Source of the DNA: Chiloscyllium plagiosum
Lineage: Eukaryota
Direction: 5' to 3'
Assembly: GCF_004010195.1 (NCBI RefSeq)
Contig: NC_057719.1
Location: forward strand, 24,023,629 to 24,044,572
DNA: 20,944 nucleotides
Shown: in pieces, positions 1 to 9,959 of the stretch
How positions within the stretch are numbered: the stretch's first letter is position 1
Layout: each line of letters begins with the position of its first letter
Notes under the pieces: generated by a model
The model's database searches: none
Told to the model about the DNA's origin: nothing
The model's input: the letters and a program-made list of their open reading frames with translations, nothing else
Program-made: the position numbers and the translations under genes

Positions 1-29
1 TAAACTAATTAGCATACAAAAATGCTTTC

Positions 30-560
30 TTATTGCACCAGTGCACCAGAAAAGCCAATCTCTTAATGTTATGATGTGTCCCTTTGCTCCAGATTCTCTC
101 ACTAGTGGAAATAACATTGCTTTATGTGCTTACATCATTATAAATGCCCCAATTAATTATCCTTCAGCTTTGGAAACTCAAAGGAATAGAATGCTTTTTT
201 TTTGCAACTTGTCTTCATAATTTAACCACCAAAGTTTCAGAATCATTTTGTTAAATCTGCAGAGTTCCTCTTTAAAACCATATATACTAGCTATGGTATC
301 GTGCCCAAAACTGAATACAATGCTCCAGATGTGATGGAGAAATGGCCAAAATTCAGGCCAACTGAAGCATAACCACTTCTTTTTGTATGCCAATCTCTTT
401 GAAATTAAAGCCAACACTCCTTTTGTCTCTTTTGATTTTTTTTTACCTGTGCACTAGCTTTTAATGATTTGTGCACCTGGACAAATACCTTTGTTCCTTC
501 AGTTTCTATTCATCAAATAAGTTTGTCATATGCTTCATGGCTATTACAGTATGACCTGAA
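30..560 (-). mobile_element. Degenerate CR1-type LINE fragment (RT C-terminal part)
   Basis: Reverse complement near 300-330 encodes LEHCIQFWA, matching the CR1 LEYCVQFW motif. Boundaries are approximate. Confidence 0.65.
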
Positions 561-901
561 CTTGTCTTCAATAGACTGATACAACTTATCATACTTACAT
601 TATTAGCTTGTTTTCATAGTTTTGTTCCTACCCCCTTTCTGCATATCCAGGTTTCTCTTTTTATTTGTATATTATTTTCTTCAGCTTAATATTGCCTTTT
701 AGATCATGAGGACGTAGGAGAGAGTGAGGGGAGAGAAAAGATAAATTATTATGAAATGAAAACCGAGAAATTGGTGACTCTTACTGCTCCACCTACATAA
801 TACTCCGACCAACAATAGTCAGAGTACGAACGATTATCTATAAGTTAAAAATTTAAAAATGAGTAATTATAGATCTGCAATAATTGCTTATTTTTGTTCA
901 G

Positions 902-1172
902 GGAAGTGGATGGCTCCCTTTGATCCAAATGGTACCAAGGATGGAATATTCTATATAAATGCATATACCAGAATCAAAGTACCAATGATGTTCAAAGAGG
1001 ACACTTTTTTCTTAACACATGACAAGACACATTCTTGTATAATACTGAAGATTCCATACCAAGGAAATGCAAGTATGTTGGTGGTGATACCAAAAAATGG
1101 AGAATATCTACATGTGGAAGATGAGCTAACAACAGAATTATTAGCCAAGTGGATCAAAGCATTGAAACCTAA
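902..1172 (+). CDS. SERPINA10: Serpin (protein Z-dependent protease inhibitor-like), internal coding exon, 271 bp; upstream exons lie outside the window
   Basis: Acceptor tttttgttcag|GG at 901/902 and donor AA|gtatga at 1172/1173. Translation GKWMAPFDPNGTKDGIFYINAYTRIKVPMMFKEDTFFLTHDKTHSCIILKIPYQGNASMLVVIPKNGEYLHVEDELTTELLAKWIKALKP carries serpin motifs GKW..PF, VPMM and PYQGNA, and resembles human ZPI as I recall it. Phase 1 start and phase 2 end match the alpha1-antitrypsin-type (V2) intron pattern. Confidence 0.93.
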
Positions 1173-1689
1173 GTATGACTTTCAATTTTACAATCAAACA
1201 GTAATGGGTATGTCAAAATGCAATAGGTTACAACTGAGAAAAAGCGGCTATAGTGAGGCAAAGATTAACATACTGTTTTCAATGAAGTACTGTTCTTAAT
1301 TACAGCTCATTCTTCATTATTGGACTTAGAATTTACTTTATGTATCTTTGACATATGTGGAGCCGGACAGAAGTCTGAGACAGATTTATAGACCTAAAAA
1401 AAGCCTTAAGCATTCTTGTTATCACTTGTAACTTAATTATATCATTTAAATTTAATTTAATTCCAATTAAAATATATACTTGTTTTAGTAAGATATTAGG
1501 ATTTCTATGTTGAAATAATGATGAATAGTTAATAGCTTAAATGTGTTTTTTTTGGTAAATTGTGCATGTAGTTAACTCTACAGAAAAGTGGTTGGGTAAA
1601 TATTCATGTAGACTGGATATTTTTACTGTATGTTCTGGACTCATGGCAATGCTTGCAGAATCACTTTAATTGTCTATCTCTTATCTGCT

Positions 1690-2004
1690 TTTCTGTGGGT
1701 AAGGAAAACTAAAACTAGAGGGCATTGGTTTAAGGTGAGAAAGGAAAGATTTAAACAGGACCTGAGGGGTGACTTTTTTAATGCAGGGGGCGGTGTGTAT
1801 ATAGAATGAACTGCCAGCAGAAGTAGTGGAAGATGGAAAAATTACAGCATTTAATAGGCATCTGTACGGTATATGAATAAGAAGAGTTTAGAGGGAAAAG
1901 AGCCAAATGCTGACAAATGGGACAAGGTCGGATTAGGATTAATGGTCAGTGTTGACAAATTGGAATGAAGGGTCTATTTCCGGGCTGTATGTCACTATGA
2001 TTCT
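1690..2004 (+). mobile_element. CR1-type LINE 3' end fragment in the serpin intron
   Basis: aaaactagagggcat..tttaaggtgaga (TRGH.FKVR motif), gaatgaactgccag, and a CR1-type 3' UTR ending ...gctgtatgtcactatgattct. Confidence 0.8.
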
Positions 2005-2169
2005 GCTGTAAAATTAATCACTACTAACCACCTTATGATTATTTTGCGCAAATAGCAATTACTGAGTCAGTTGAAAGGATTAAAACCTTTTATCCACAGT
2101 ATGTAGGTTTAATAAGTTTCCTTCTCAGAAAAACTTATGTGAAATATTTTCAATTTCACATTCACATTT

Positions 2170-2420
2170 TACATTATGTCCCTAGTCCTAGATCCCCTAA
2201 TCAGCAGAAAATGTTTATCTATATCTACCTGATTTTTCTCCCTTAGTAGCTTGAATACTTCAACTAAATTATTCTTTAATTTCTAAATTTCTGGAGATAT
2301 ATCTATAATGTGAAATTTCTCTTTCTAATTCAACTCTTGGAATCCAGGTATCATTCTAGTAAATCTACTCACTTCCTCTTGAAACAAATCCATCCTTCCT
2401 AAAGCAGAATACCCAGATTT
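2170..2420 (-). mobile_element. Degenerate CR1-type LINE fragment
   Basis: Reverse complement resembles the CR1 RFTRMIPG...EVFK...TRGH region. Boundaries are approximate. Confidence 0.55.
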
Positions 2421-3439
2421 TTAAAAATCTGCTTATTATCACTATTTAAAATATAAATACATTCAGATTCAGATCAATGTAACTTAAAAAACAAATGCAA
2501 CTGAGTAACATTAAAAATAAAATCAAATTTAAGTATTTAATAGTAAAAAATAAAATTTAGTCAGGAAAAACTTCCTTTGTTGTCAATGAATTATCACATC
2601 ATGGTATTTTTATGGCTCATTCCTTTTTAGTGCAATTCACGAAATTTTGAATCACTGCATGTCAAACTCCATTCTCTGGAAATGAGGAGTAAAAAGACAA
2701 TATGTTTACATATCTTTTGTCAATGCTGGCTTGTGATCAGTTGCTGGAAGTGATCAAAATTACTTCAATTATTTTATTTTTCACTTCTCTATGTAAGAAA
2801 GTATCAGCTCCACTTGGCTCTTGTCCTCAACAATTTGACTGAAATCTGGAACCTGCCAGATGGCTGATTCAGATACTAATCTTCATCCTGTCGCTCGATG
2901 GCATAGCAATAATGGTTAACTGCTATGCTGCTTCGCTAATCTTTAAACCTAGATTAATTTTAAATTTTATTTTGAGAGTCATTGTCTTTTATTGAATCTA
3001 CACAATTTAATGATAATTTAATGATAATGAAATACCTTCAACTTACTAACATAGTGCATGAGTAAGGTTAAAGTTAACACAGAATTCTCCTTACATTTTG
3101 CAAATAATGCATCCAGTTTCCAGTTCTGAAATTCTTTTCCGTAGAGTGATGGTTATTTCTGATTTTGCAGAGTCCCTACCGTTATAAAGGGAGCATGTTT
3201 TAATTGGCATAGCTGGCAGCAGAACATTTACCATTCTGATTCCATTTCCAGAGTGCATTCAACTATATATTATATACATATATATAAAGGGAAAGGTATT
3301 TCTTGAAAAGCAGACAAGCTTGATTGCTGAGTTTGCAGTATCTGAATAGATTGTAATCAAATCGAAGTTTCTTTTGTGAAAAATGGCATTGACACACCTT
3401 ACTGTTCAGCATTGCATTTCTCACATTAGCTGTGCAAAA

Positions 3440-3550
3440 GGAAGCATGCCAGTTGGAGCTAAAGTGGGCAATAGAGTTGATGTATGGATAAGCCACGATT
3501 TAATTGAATACCAAACCAGGCTTTTGGGGGTAATGGGCTTCCTCTTGTTA
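3440..3550 (+). mobile_element. Very degenerate CR1-type 3' UTR remnant
   Basis: gataagccacgatttaattgaataccaaaccaggct...aatgggcttcctcttgtt resembles CR1 3' tails. Confidence 0.4.
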
Positions 3551-3886
3551 CTTTGTAAAGCCAATTGGAATAAAACAAACATTTTGTTCATTGAATATTT
3601 TCTACAATGAATCCATTTTTAAAAATGCAGAACATGCTATTAAGCACTCCATAATTGTCACAAATGTACAAGGAATTTTGCTTCACTAGTTTAGGCTGGA
3701 TACAAATGAGACTCCACAAGCAAAGATTTTGCTCTAGGTCTCAATCATCTATTCTTCCCTCATGATTCCAACATAAAATATTAACGTGCTCTATTACATG
3801 ACAATACATCTGAATAGCAATAACATTAAATGTTTTTGTTCTTAGTTTTCTGTTGCTTGTAAATCATGTTTATTTTCTTGTCCTAG

Positions 3887-4034
3887 GAAAATCGAATTAT
3901 ATTTTCCAAAATTTAAATTGAACAAGTCGTATGACATGGAAAGGAAGCTGAGACAATTGGGAATTATAACACCCTTCACAAACACTGCCAATTTTTCTGG
4001 AATCTCTTCATCTTACCATCTGAAGATTTCTAAG
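3887..4034 (+). CDS. SERPINA10: Serpin coding exon, 148 bp (absent from the ORF track)
   Basis: Acceptor ttcttgtcctag|G and donor AAG|gtacat. Translation (K)KIELYFPKFKLNKSYDMERKLRQLGIITPFTNTANFSGISSSYHLKISK has serpin PKFKL, LG and ANFSGIS motifs. It joins in frame with the previous exon (AA+G = Lys). Confidence 0.93.
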
Positions 4035-4161
4035 GTACATTTGTTCTGAAAATAGTCACTGAAACCATATCAATTTTTCTCCTGTTTGCTATGCTTATTT
4101 GAATATGGCAGGAGAAGGAGGAAGTAGCAACTGATTAATTTCATTTTGTTTATTTTTTCAG

Positions 4162-4353
4162 GTTATTCACAAAGCAACGATTGATGTGAATGAGAGAGGA
4201 ACTGAAGCAGCAGCAGTAACCAGTGTTTCAGCAGTGCCTTATTCACTTCCAACTGTCATAAAAGTGGACCACCCTTTTGTTTTCATGATATATGAAGAAA
4301 TAACAAACATGCTACTGTTTATAGGACGGGTGAAAGATCCCACCAAGAGTTAA
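4162..4353 (+). CDS. SERPINA10: Serpin terminal coding exon with reactive centre loop (absent from the ORF track)
   Basis: Acceptor tattttttcag|GTT. Translation VIHKATIDVNERGTEAAAVTSVSAVPYSLPTVIKVDHPFVFMIYEEITNMLLFIGRVKDPTKS* with stop TAA at 4351-4353. The hinge ERGTEAAA is of the inhibitory type, and counting from P17 Glu gives P1-P1' = Tyr-Ser (Tyr codon 4240-4242), typical of ZPI. Confidence 0.93.
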   Translation, partial: VIHKATIDVNERGTEAAAVTSVSAVPYSLPTVIKVDHPFVFMIYEEITNMLLFIGRVKDPTKS

Positions 4354-4554
4354 TGTTCTCGTGAGATTATTGTTTTTGAATTGATTGTTGTTTTGTAAGT
4401 TAGGCATTACAATAATGACTCTTGAAAGGATTAACAATATTTTAGACAATACTGTGTTGGCCTATAGCAGTACAGAACATAGAATAATCAATTTGATTCA
4501 ATTTTTCAGATTTGGAAACTTTCAATAACTATGTTTAATATTTAAAAGCATTGA

Positions 4555-4560
4555 AATAAA
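4555..4560 (+). promoter_or_regulatory. Candidate polyadenylation signal of the serpin gene
   Basis: First AATAAA, about 200 nt after the stop codon, followed by T-rich sequence. Confidence 0.55.
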
Positions 4561-5929
4561 AAAGTCCTTTTCTCAAAGATTGCTTTCACTTTATGCATGA
4601 TGTTAATTTGTTTTCAATCAGAGGTCACTTTGCACTTTTGACTAACTGGCATAAATGTGTTTTCAGTTTCTCAAAAGTTCCACATTATCCTGAAACTTTG
4701 AAACTTAAAACATCCTCTTGGAGGTCACAGCAAAATTCAGTTGATGAAAGGGAACCACTGGTTTTCAAGAAACTCTATGGTACTCCTGAGCTTACGCTTG
4801 TCAGGTTATACATGATAGGCAGTAATTGCAGTTGATGCTAGCTGTAACACTTACTATTGAAGGACAATGAAAAGGCAATTCTGGTGCAGTGTAATTGATA
4901 CACCTTGGGATGGGGGGGCAGAAAGATATGGACTATTTAGAAGAGTGGTTTTTAGACGCTGAATATGTGCCAATGGCATGCATTAAGGTAACAGTAGAGA
5001 TATTGAAACATAAAGGAAAGGTACTACTCTCAAAACTAAATTGATATTTAATTCTCAAACTTAAAAGCAAGACATAAGACCACAAAAGCAACTAATGATA
5101 CAATGCCTCTATAGAGGTTACACAGAATTTTCTCAGGCTGATTGCAATGTATATATTTAGAATGGCTTTATCCCTCCCAAGTTGGAAACTATTATTTTTC
5201 ATAGCATGATCACTTTCACTCCTACTGACACTAAAATAACATACACTTCTGTACAATCAAAACTAAGGTTCAGAATAAAACGTATGATGGAGTGACTGAT
5301 ATGACGGATGACCTTTTAGTTAAGGTTAAAATTGAGACATTGGGGAATTACATCTGTGAAGTTGACCTCTGCTGTGTGCATTTTCTGCAGCAAACCATTC
5401 CTTACTATCCTAAGGTGTTGGGCAGGAGCATGTGCAACACTTAATCTTTTAACAAAACTGCAACCATTGTTTGTACATTATTTAGATACAAGACAGCAAC
5501 CCTTTTGAGATTAATTTTGATTGCCAAAAATAGATAAATAGATTAAGGTCAGGTGGGAAGTTAAACTTTAAAAATCTTAAACCAATCCGTTTCCAACTTA
5601 CCCACATCCAGGTTTAACAGAAGTGGGACAAGTGCCAAATGGAAGAGGGTTGGCTATTTATATATTGAAATAAGGCTGGCAGCCTGAAATGTTAACTGCC
5701 TAGCAGGTTTAACTACTACTGGACAAATCTGTGTGTCCTTGCGAAACATGGACTATTTTAGAGCAAAGTTATCACAGATCCTGAAAAGATTTCTCCAAAC
5801 AAGGGGGCAATGTCTTGCCAATTTCTAATATGCTGTTGTCTTTCTAGAGTCTAGGGAAGACTGGGAAGATTATAACCAAACATCCTGCAATTTCCATTCT
5901 CATTTCCTTGAATACTCCTCATCCAGCTC

Positions 5930-7110
5930 TGGTATCTTGCTAACTTTAAGCATCAACAGTTTATCTGATAACTCCTCATCAGTTTTAAACTCTGTTATTG
6001 GTAGTTTTCTCCTCTGTGACCATGGCCTGGGGGGCATTTGACTCCTTGGTAAAGATAAATGCAAAATATTCTTTTAAAACTTCTGTCAGAACTCCTGTCT
6101 CCTTGGGTAAATCTTGTTGGTCCGTAATCGACCCTATTCCTTCTTTTGGCACCCTATTCTGTTTATGTGCCTATAGAAGATATCAAGACTCCCCAAATGT
6201 TATGTTAGTTACTAGCCTTTTAGGTTAGTTACTAGCTTTTTTTTTCTCATAGTCCTTCTTTATTTCTCTTGTAAGTTTTTTATTTTAACCTCTCCTCTGA
6301 ATGTTTTGTATTCAGCTTTGTTCTCAATTTTATTTTCTACCAAACAGTCATCATGCCTACTTCTTTCTTCCTTATCTTAATTTCTATATTTTTTTTTCAT
6401 CCAGGGACCTTGGGATTTGTCTGGGATACCAATGCCTTTTGAAACAATATGCTTGACTGTACCTGCTTTCTTTTTAGAAGTTAGTCCATTGTTCAGTTAG
6501 TTTCCACAAAACATTGATTTCCAGTCCATTTAGCCTCGTTTCATTTTCCCCTCATTTGAATTGGCTCTACCCCAAGTAAATTATTGTTATTTTGGATTGC
6601 ACACTGTCCTTTTGTGCCACCTTCTTAAACCTTATGATACAATGATCACAGTATCCTGACAGTTGATCTACTTGGCCCACCTCATTTCCAAAAACAGGTC
6701 TAGGTACTGCCTCCTTTCTTATCTAACTGGACATATATTGCTATAGAAAATTCGCCTGACACAATCTAGGAATGCTAATCTCATACTGCTCTGTGCACTA
6801 ACACTACCAGGATTCATATTTGAGAAATTAATGACCCCACTATAATAGCCCTAAAGCATTCACATCTCCCTGTAATTTCCCTACAAATTTGTTCCTCTAC
6901 GTCCTTCCTACTGGTTCGTTTATAGACTACACCAAGCAACTTAATTGTATGCTTTTTTTTCCTCAGCTCTATCCAAACTTATTCTGTCCTTGGAGCCTCT
7001 GGGACTTCCTCTTTCTGCACCATAGCAGTGCTCTCCTTAATCAATACAATCACTCATCTTCTTTCTTTATTTCCGATCTTTTCTGAACACCTTCTACCCA
7101 GGAATACATA
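5930..7110 (-). mobile_element. Degenerate CR1-type LINE, APE endonuclease and linker region
   Basis: The minus strand gives broken APE motifs (IPG..VFRKDR, GVVY, RKEAV..DL..GNEVGQVD, DH.II.F) with many stops and frameshifts. Confidence 0.7.
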
Positions 7111-7839
7111 ACACTCAGTCCTATCCTACACAAACAGTTCACCAAATCTCTGACACCCACACCGAAGATTAAGCCCCTTGCTCCAGCAAAAATGGGGTCT
7201 GTTTGAAATCTGCAGAGACCGCAATTACCTGCTGGATTTGGGGCTTCTCTCTTCAGAGAGTCATGCCCTCTCCCTCCTGTTCCTTTTCATGAATACAGGA
7301 TTGTCAGAATTGGAGCAATCTGGGTTCTTCCAGCATTTCTCAAGGTCTGTGAAGGTCTTAGCTCCTGGTCAAGTAGGCATACATGCAGATTTTTAAAAAA
7401 CTTAGTGATGCGTCTGGTTCTCGAAGGATCCACAGCAATATTTAAAAAGATTATTAGATCATGAAATAATAGAATGGCAGGATCAATTTTCTAACTATAA
7501 TTGGCTAGGAGTATCACCTGTCCAAATGCTCTGGAATTCTCTTGCTAAACCAGTCCCTTTTTGGTTTTCAACCTTCCTCACCTCCTTTGATTCCCTGCTT
7601 AAAGTTCACCTCTTAGTTTTATGGGAAAATACGTGCAGTTTCAGGTGAGATATGGTGTTTTAATTTATTTAACGTTTTCTGTCTAGAAGTCATTGTTTGA
7701 CAGGCTTGGCTTCAATTATACAGAGAATACTTGTGAGAAATCTGGAAGCTCATGCAGGGAGCTTACAGCTGCTACTTGGGGTCTAGATTAGAATGGTGCT
7801 GGAAAAGCACAGCAGTTCAGGCAGCATCCGAGGAGCAGT

Positions 7840-7877
7840 AAAATCGATGTTTCGGGTAAAAGCCCTTCATCAGGAAT
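7840..7877 (-). ncRNA. Minimal hammerhead ribozyme motif, slightly decayed copy
   Basis: AUUC-CUGAUGA-A-GGGC-UUUU-ACCC-GAAAC-AUC|GAUUUU. Core boxes are intact, with one mismatch in stem II and one in the stem III palindrome. Confidence 0.6.
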
Positions 7878-8212
7878 ACAGGCAGAGAGCCTGAAGGGTG
7901 GAGAGATAAATGAGAGGAGGGTGGGTGTGGGGAGAAAGTAGCATAGAGTACAATAGATGAGTGGAGGAGGGGATGAAGGTGATAGGTCTTCAGGGCAGAG
8001 GAAATGACCTGGGAGTTGCAGTGGGAGAGGGACTCCTTGAGATTCTTGTAGAGAGAGGAGGAAAACTTCTTCAAGGCAGGCATCCTTGCAAGAGGATTCG
8101 CAGTAAGGTTAAAACTAACTAGGTAAAAACAATGACTGCAGATGCTGGAAACCAGAGTCGAGATGAGAGTGGTGCTGGAAACGTACAGCAGTTCAGGCAG
8201 CATTCAAGCAGT

Positions 8213-8250
8213 AAAATCGACGTTTCGGGCAAAAGCCCTTCATCAGGAAT
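8213..8250 (-). ncRNA. Minimal type I hammerhead ribozyme motif (PLE type), intact core
   Basis: Minus-strand RNA AUUC-CUGAUGA-A-GGGC-UUUU-GCCC-GAAAC-GUC|GAUUUU: conserved CUGANGA and GAAA boxes, a 4-bp stem II, and a loopless palindromic stem III (ACGU). Predicted cleavage between 8219 and 8218. Confidence 0.75.
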
Positions 8251-8432
8251 ACAGGCAGAGAGCCTGAAGGGTGGAGAGATAAATGAGAGGAGGGTGGGTG
8301 GGGAGAGAAAGTAGCATAGAGTACAATAGGTGAGGGGGGGAGGGGATGAAGGCTGCTACTTGGAGTATTAGCTGGTGGGAGCAGTCTGATCCCCAACCCC
8401 TTTGTCTTTGAATGGGGTAATGGGGTTAACCC

Positions 8433-8565
8433 AAGCCAAGGTTTTAGACTGCATAGCTCAAGGATTAAGGATGTACTTACACCAGTATGCACATTTAACG
8501 CATTACGCTGCTTATAAATATTTCTGTAGTAAGACAGTAAAAGGAAGTATGTGACAAAGGGAATC
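8433..8565 (+). repeat. Diverged ~130-bp direct duplicate of 9788-9920
   Basis: Shared colinear blocks ttttagactgcatagctcaa, ttacaccagtatgcacat, ttataaatatttctgtag and tgtgacaaagg. Confidence 0.85.
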
Positions 8566-8590
8566 AGCAGGAATCTCATCTGCTACTCTA

Positions 8591-8763
8591 GGACAAGGTC
8601 AAAAGTCACAGACACCAGGTTATAGCCCAAAATTTTATTTGAAATCTCAAGCTTTCAGAGCACTGTTCCTTTGTCAGGTGAAGGGACAGCACTCCAAAAG
8701 CTTGTGATTCCAAATAAACCTGTTGGGCTATAACCTAGTGTCATATGACTTTTGAACTTGCCC
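8591..8763. repeat. Imperfect ~170-bp palindrome, probably inverted termini of a second PLE family, with decayed hammerhead motifs
   Basis: The left arm (tcaaaagtcacagacaccaggttatagcccaa...caagctttcagagcactgttcctt) is reverse-complementary to the right arm (agggacagcactccaaaagcttgtgattccaaataaacctgttgggctataacctagtgtcatatgacttttga). The centre is at ~8678. Confidence 0.75.
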
Positions 8764-8812
8764 ACACCAGTCCAACACCAGCACCTTCGCATCATGGCTA
8801 ATTTAGGCCTAC

Positions 8813-9265
8813 AGCAGAACCATAAATAAGATTGGTGAGTTACTGGTTCAAATTGCATTATGTACAGTCGGTGTTGCTATAACACAGCAGTTCCATTCTT
8901 ATGCAATCCCATATTATAAGGAAATCATATAATAGAAGCACCATTTAAACCAAACGGGGCCAGAACTGTATTAGAACCAATACACGCTTTAAAACTTTGT
9001 GCTTTAGAAATAGTGTCCACATCAATCGTGTAATAGCGAATTCTGTGTGTTACAGCAGAACAACTGTAATCACGATGCTGTGGCGGAAACAGAGACCTGG
9101 CTCATGAAAGGGCAGGACTGGGTATCGAATATTCCTGGGCATAAAGTGTTCAAAAAGATAGGAAGGGAAGGAAAAAAGGTAGGATGATGGCATTGATTAA
9201 AGAGAACACTGAAGTGCTGGAGAAAGGAGATCCCAGAAGATTAAAGGACAGAATTTATTTGGCTA
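8813..9265 (+). mobile_element. CR1-type LINE APE endonuclease N-terminal fragment, interrupted by a MITE
   Basis: With 8865-9068 removed it reads NKIGELLVQIALCNHDAVAETETWLMKGQDWVSNIPGHKVFKK, containing the APE ETWL and IPG motifs. Confidence 0.75.
8865..9066. mobile_element. Tc1/mariner-superfamily (Tigger/pogo-like) MITE, 202 bp
   Basis: Imperfect terminal inverted repeats CAGTCGGTGTTGCTATAACAC and GTGTTACAGCAGAACAACTG, flanked by a TA duplication at 8863-8864 and 9067-9068. Confidence 0.8.
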
Positions 9266-9787
9266 AGCAGACTTGGAGCCTAAGCATTTGCTCTGCCCAG
9301 AGTCTAGCAAATCTCCACTAAAAACTGTCAAAAAAAAGGCTCAGGATGGAATGTGAGCAGATAATAAGCCAAAGACCTGTCTTTGTGCAGAGCGTAATTG
9401 TTAATGATGTTGTGGAGCTATCCACTACAAGACACTGTTCCACTTGGCATTAAGCTGCAAGCAAAACAAACTGACCACTAAGCTGTGGGACAGCTCTTAG
9501 TCTTATTTGCATAGTGCTCTTTCAACTTTGATGTGCTCAATGGCCTTTCCTCATACCATTTTGTTTTGTTCTTAAACTACTGGACCATAAGTGAGAACTT
9601 GCCCTTAATAAATGAGAATAAGTGTGTTAGATATGTCAGTGATGTGCAATTTACATTTTTATGAGAGATAACAAACACAACAGCATTGCTGAATTTCTAT
9701 TGAGAGTTTATAACTTAGTTAAGAATATGTAACATCCAACTGTAACAGAACTTGAGTTGACATTACCTGTTTAAAGTTTTTTACATA

Positions 9788-9920
9788 AAGCCAGGATTTT
9801 AGACTGCATAGCTCAATCTGATTAAGGCCATATTTACACCAGTATGCACATCTAATGCATAACACTGTTTATAAATATTTCTGTAGCAAGACGGTAGATT
9901 AGGTCTGTGACAAAGGAATT
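9788..9920 (+). repeat. Diverged ~130-bp direct duplicate of 8433-8565
   Basis: Same colinear blocks as the first copy. Confidence 0.85.
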
Positions 9921-9959
9921 TATGCATATTAGCTTTAAAAAGAATCATGGACATGCTAA

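Larger units (their letters stand above)
7783..8351 (-). mobile_element. Non-autonomous, internally deleted Penelope-like element with two ~200-bp direct repeats (pseudo-LTRs), each with a hammerhead ribozyme core
   Basis: Direct repeats at ~7783-7979 and ~8160-8351. Target-site duplication gctgctacttgg(g/a)gt at 7768-7782 and 8352-8366. The spacer on - encodes MPALKKFSSSLYKNLKESLSHCNSQVISSALK, which I recall as a PLE ORF start. The repeat is related to the terminus of the RT-bearing PLE at 18057. Confidence 0.8.

Noticed and set aside
859..1299. 146-aa ORF as a complete gene
   Set aside because: Only 902-1172 is serpin-like and bounded by splice sites; the ends are intron read-through.
3265..3286. 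Short (TA)n tract; also (AG)n at ~14940-14960
   Set aside because: Trivial microsatellites.
5540..5720. Possible ancient interspersed repeat (also 7140-7420, 9270-9500, 14190-14720)
   Set aside because: Looks repeat-like, but I could not establish TIRs, TSDs or coding motifs.
6204..6240. Tandem duplication gttagttactagc with a 20-bp period
   Set aside because: Two units inside a decayed LINE; simple slippage, not an array.
7817..8579. Two similar 128-aa minus-strand ORFs as duplicated genes
   Set aside because: Their shared C-termini are translations of the PLE direct repeats.
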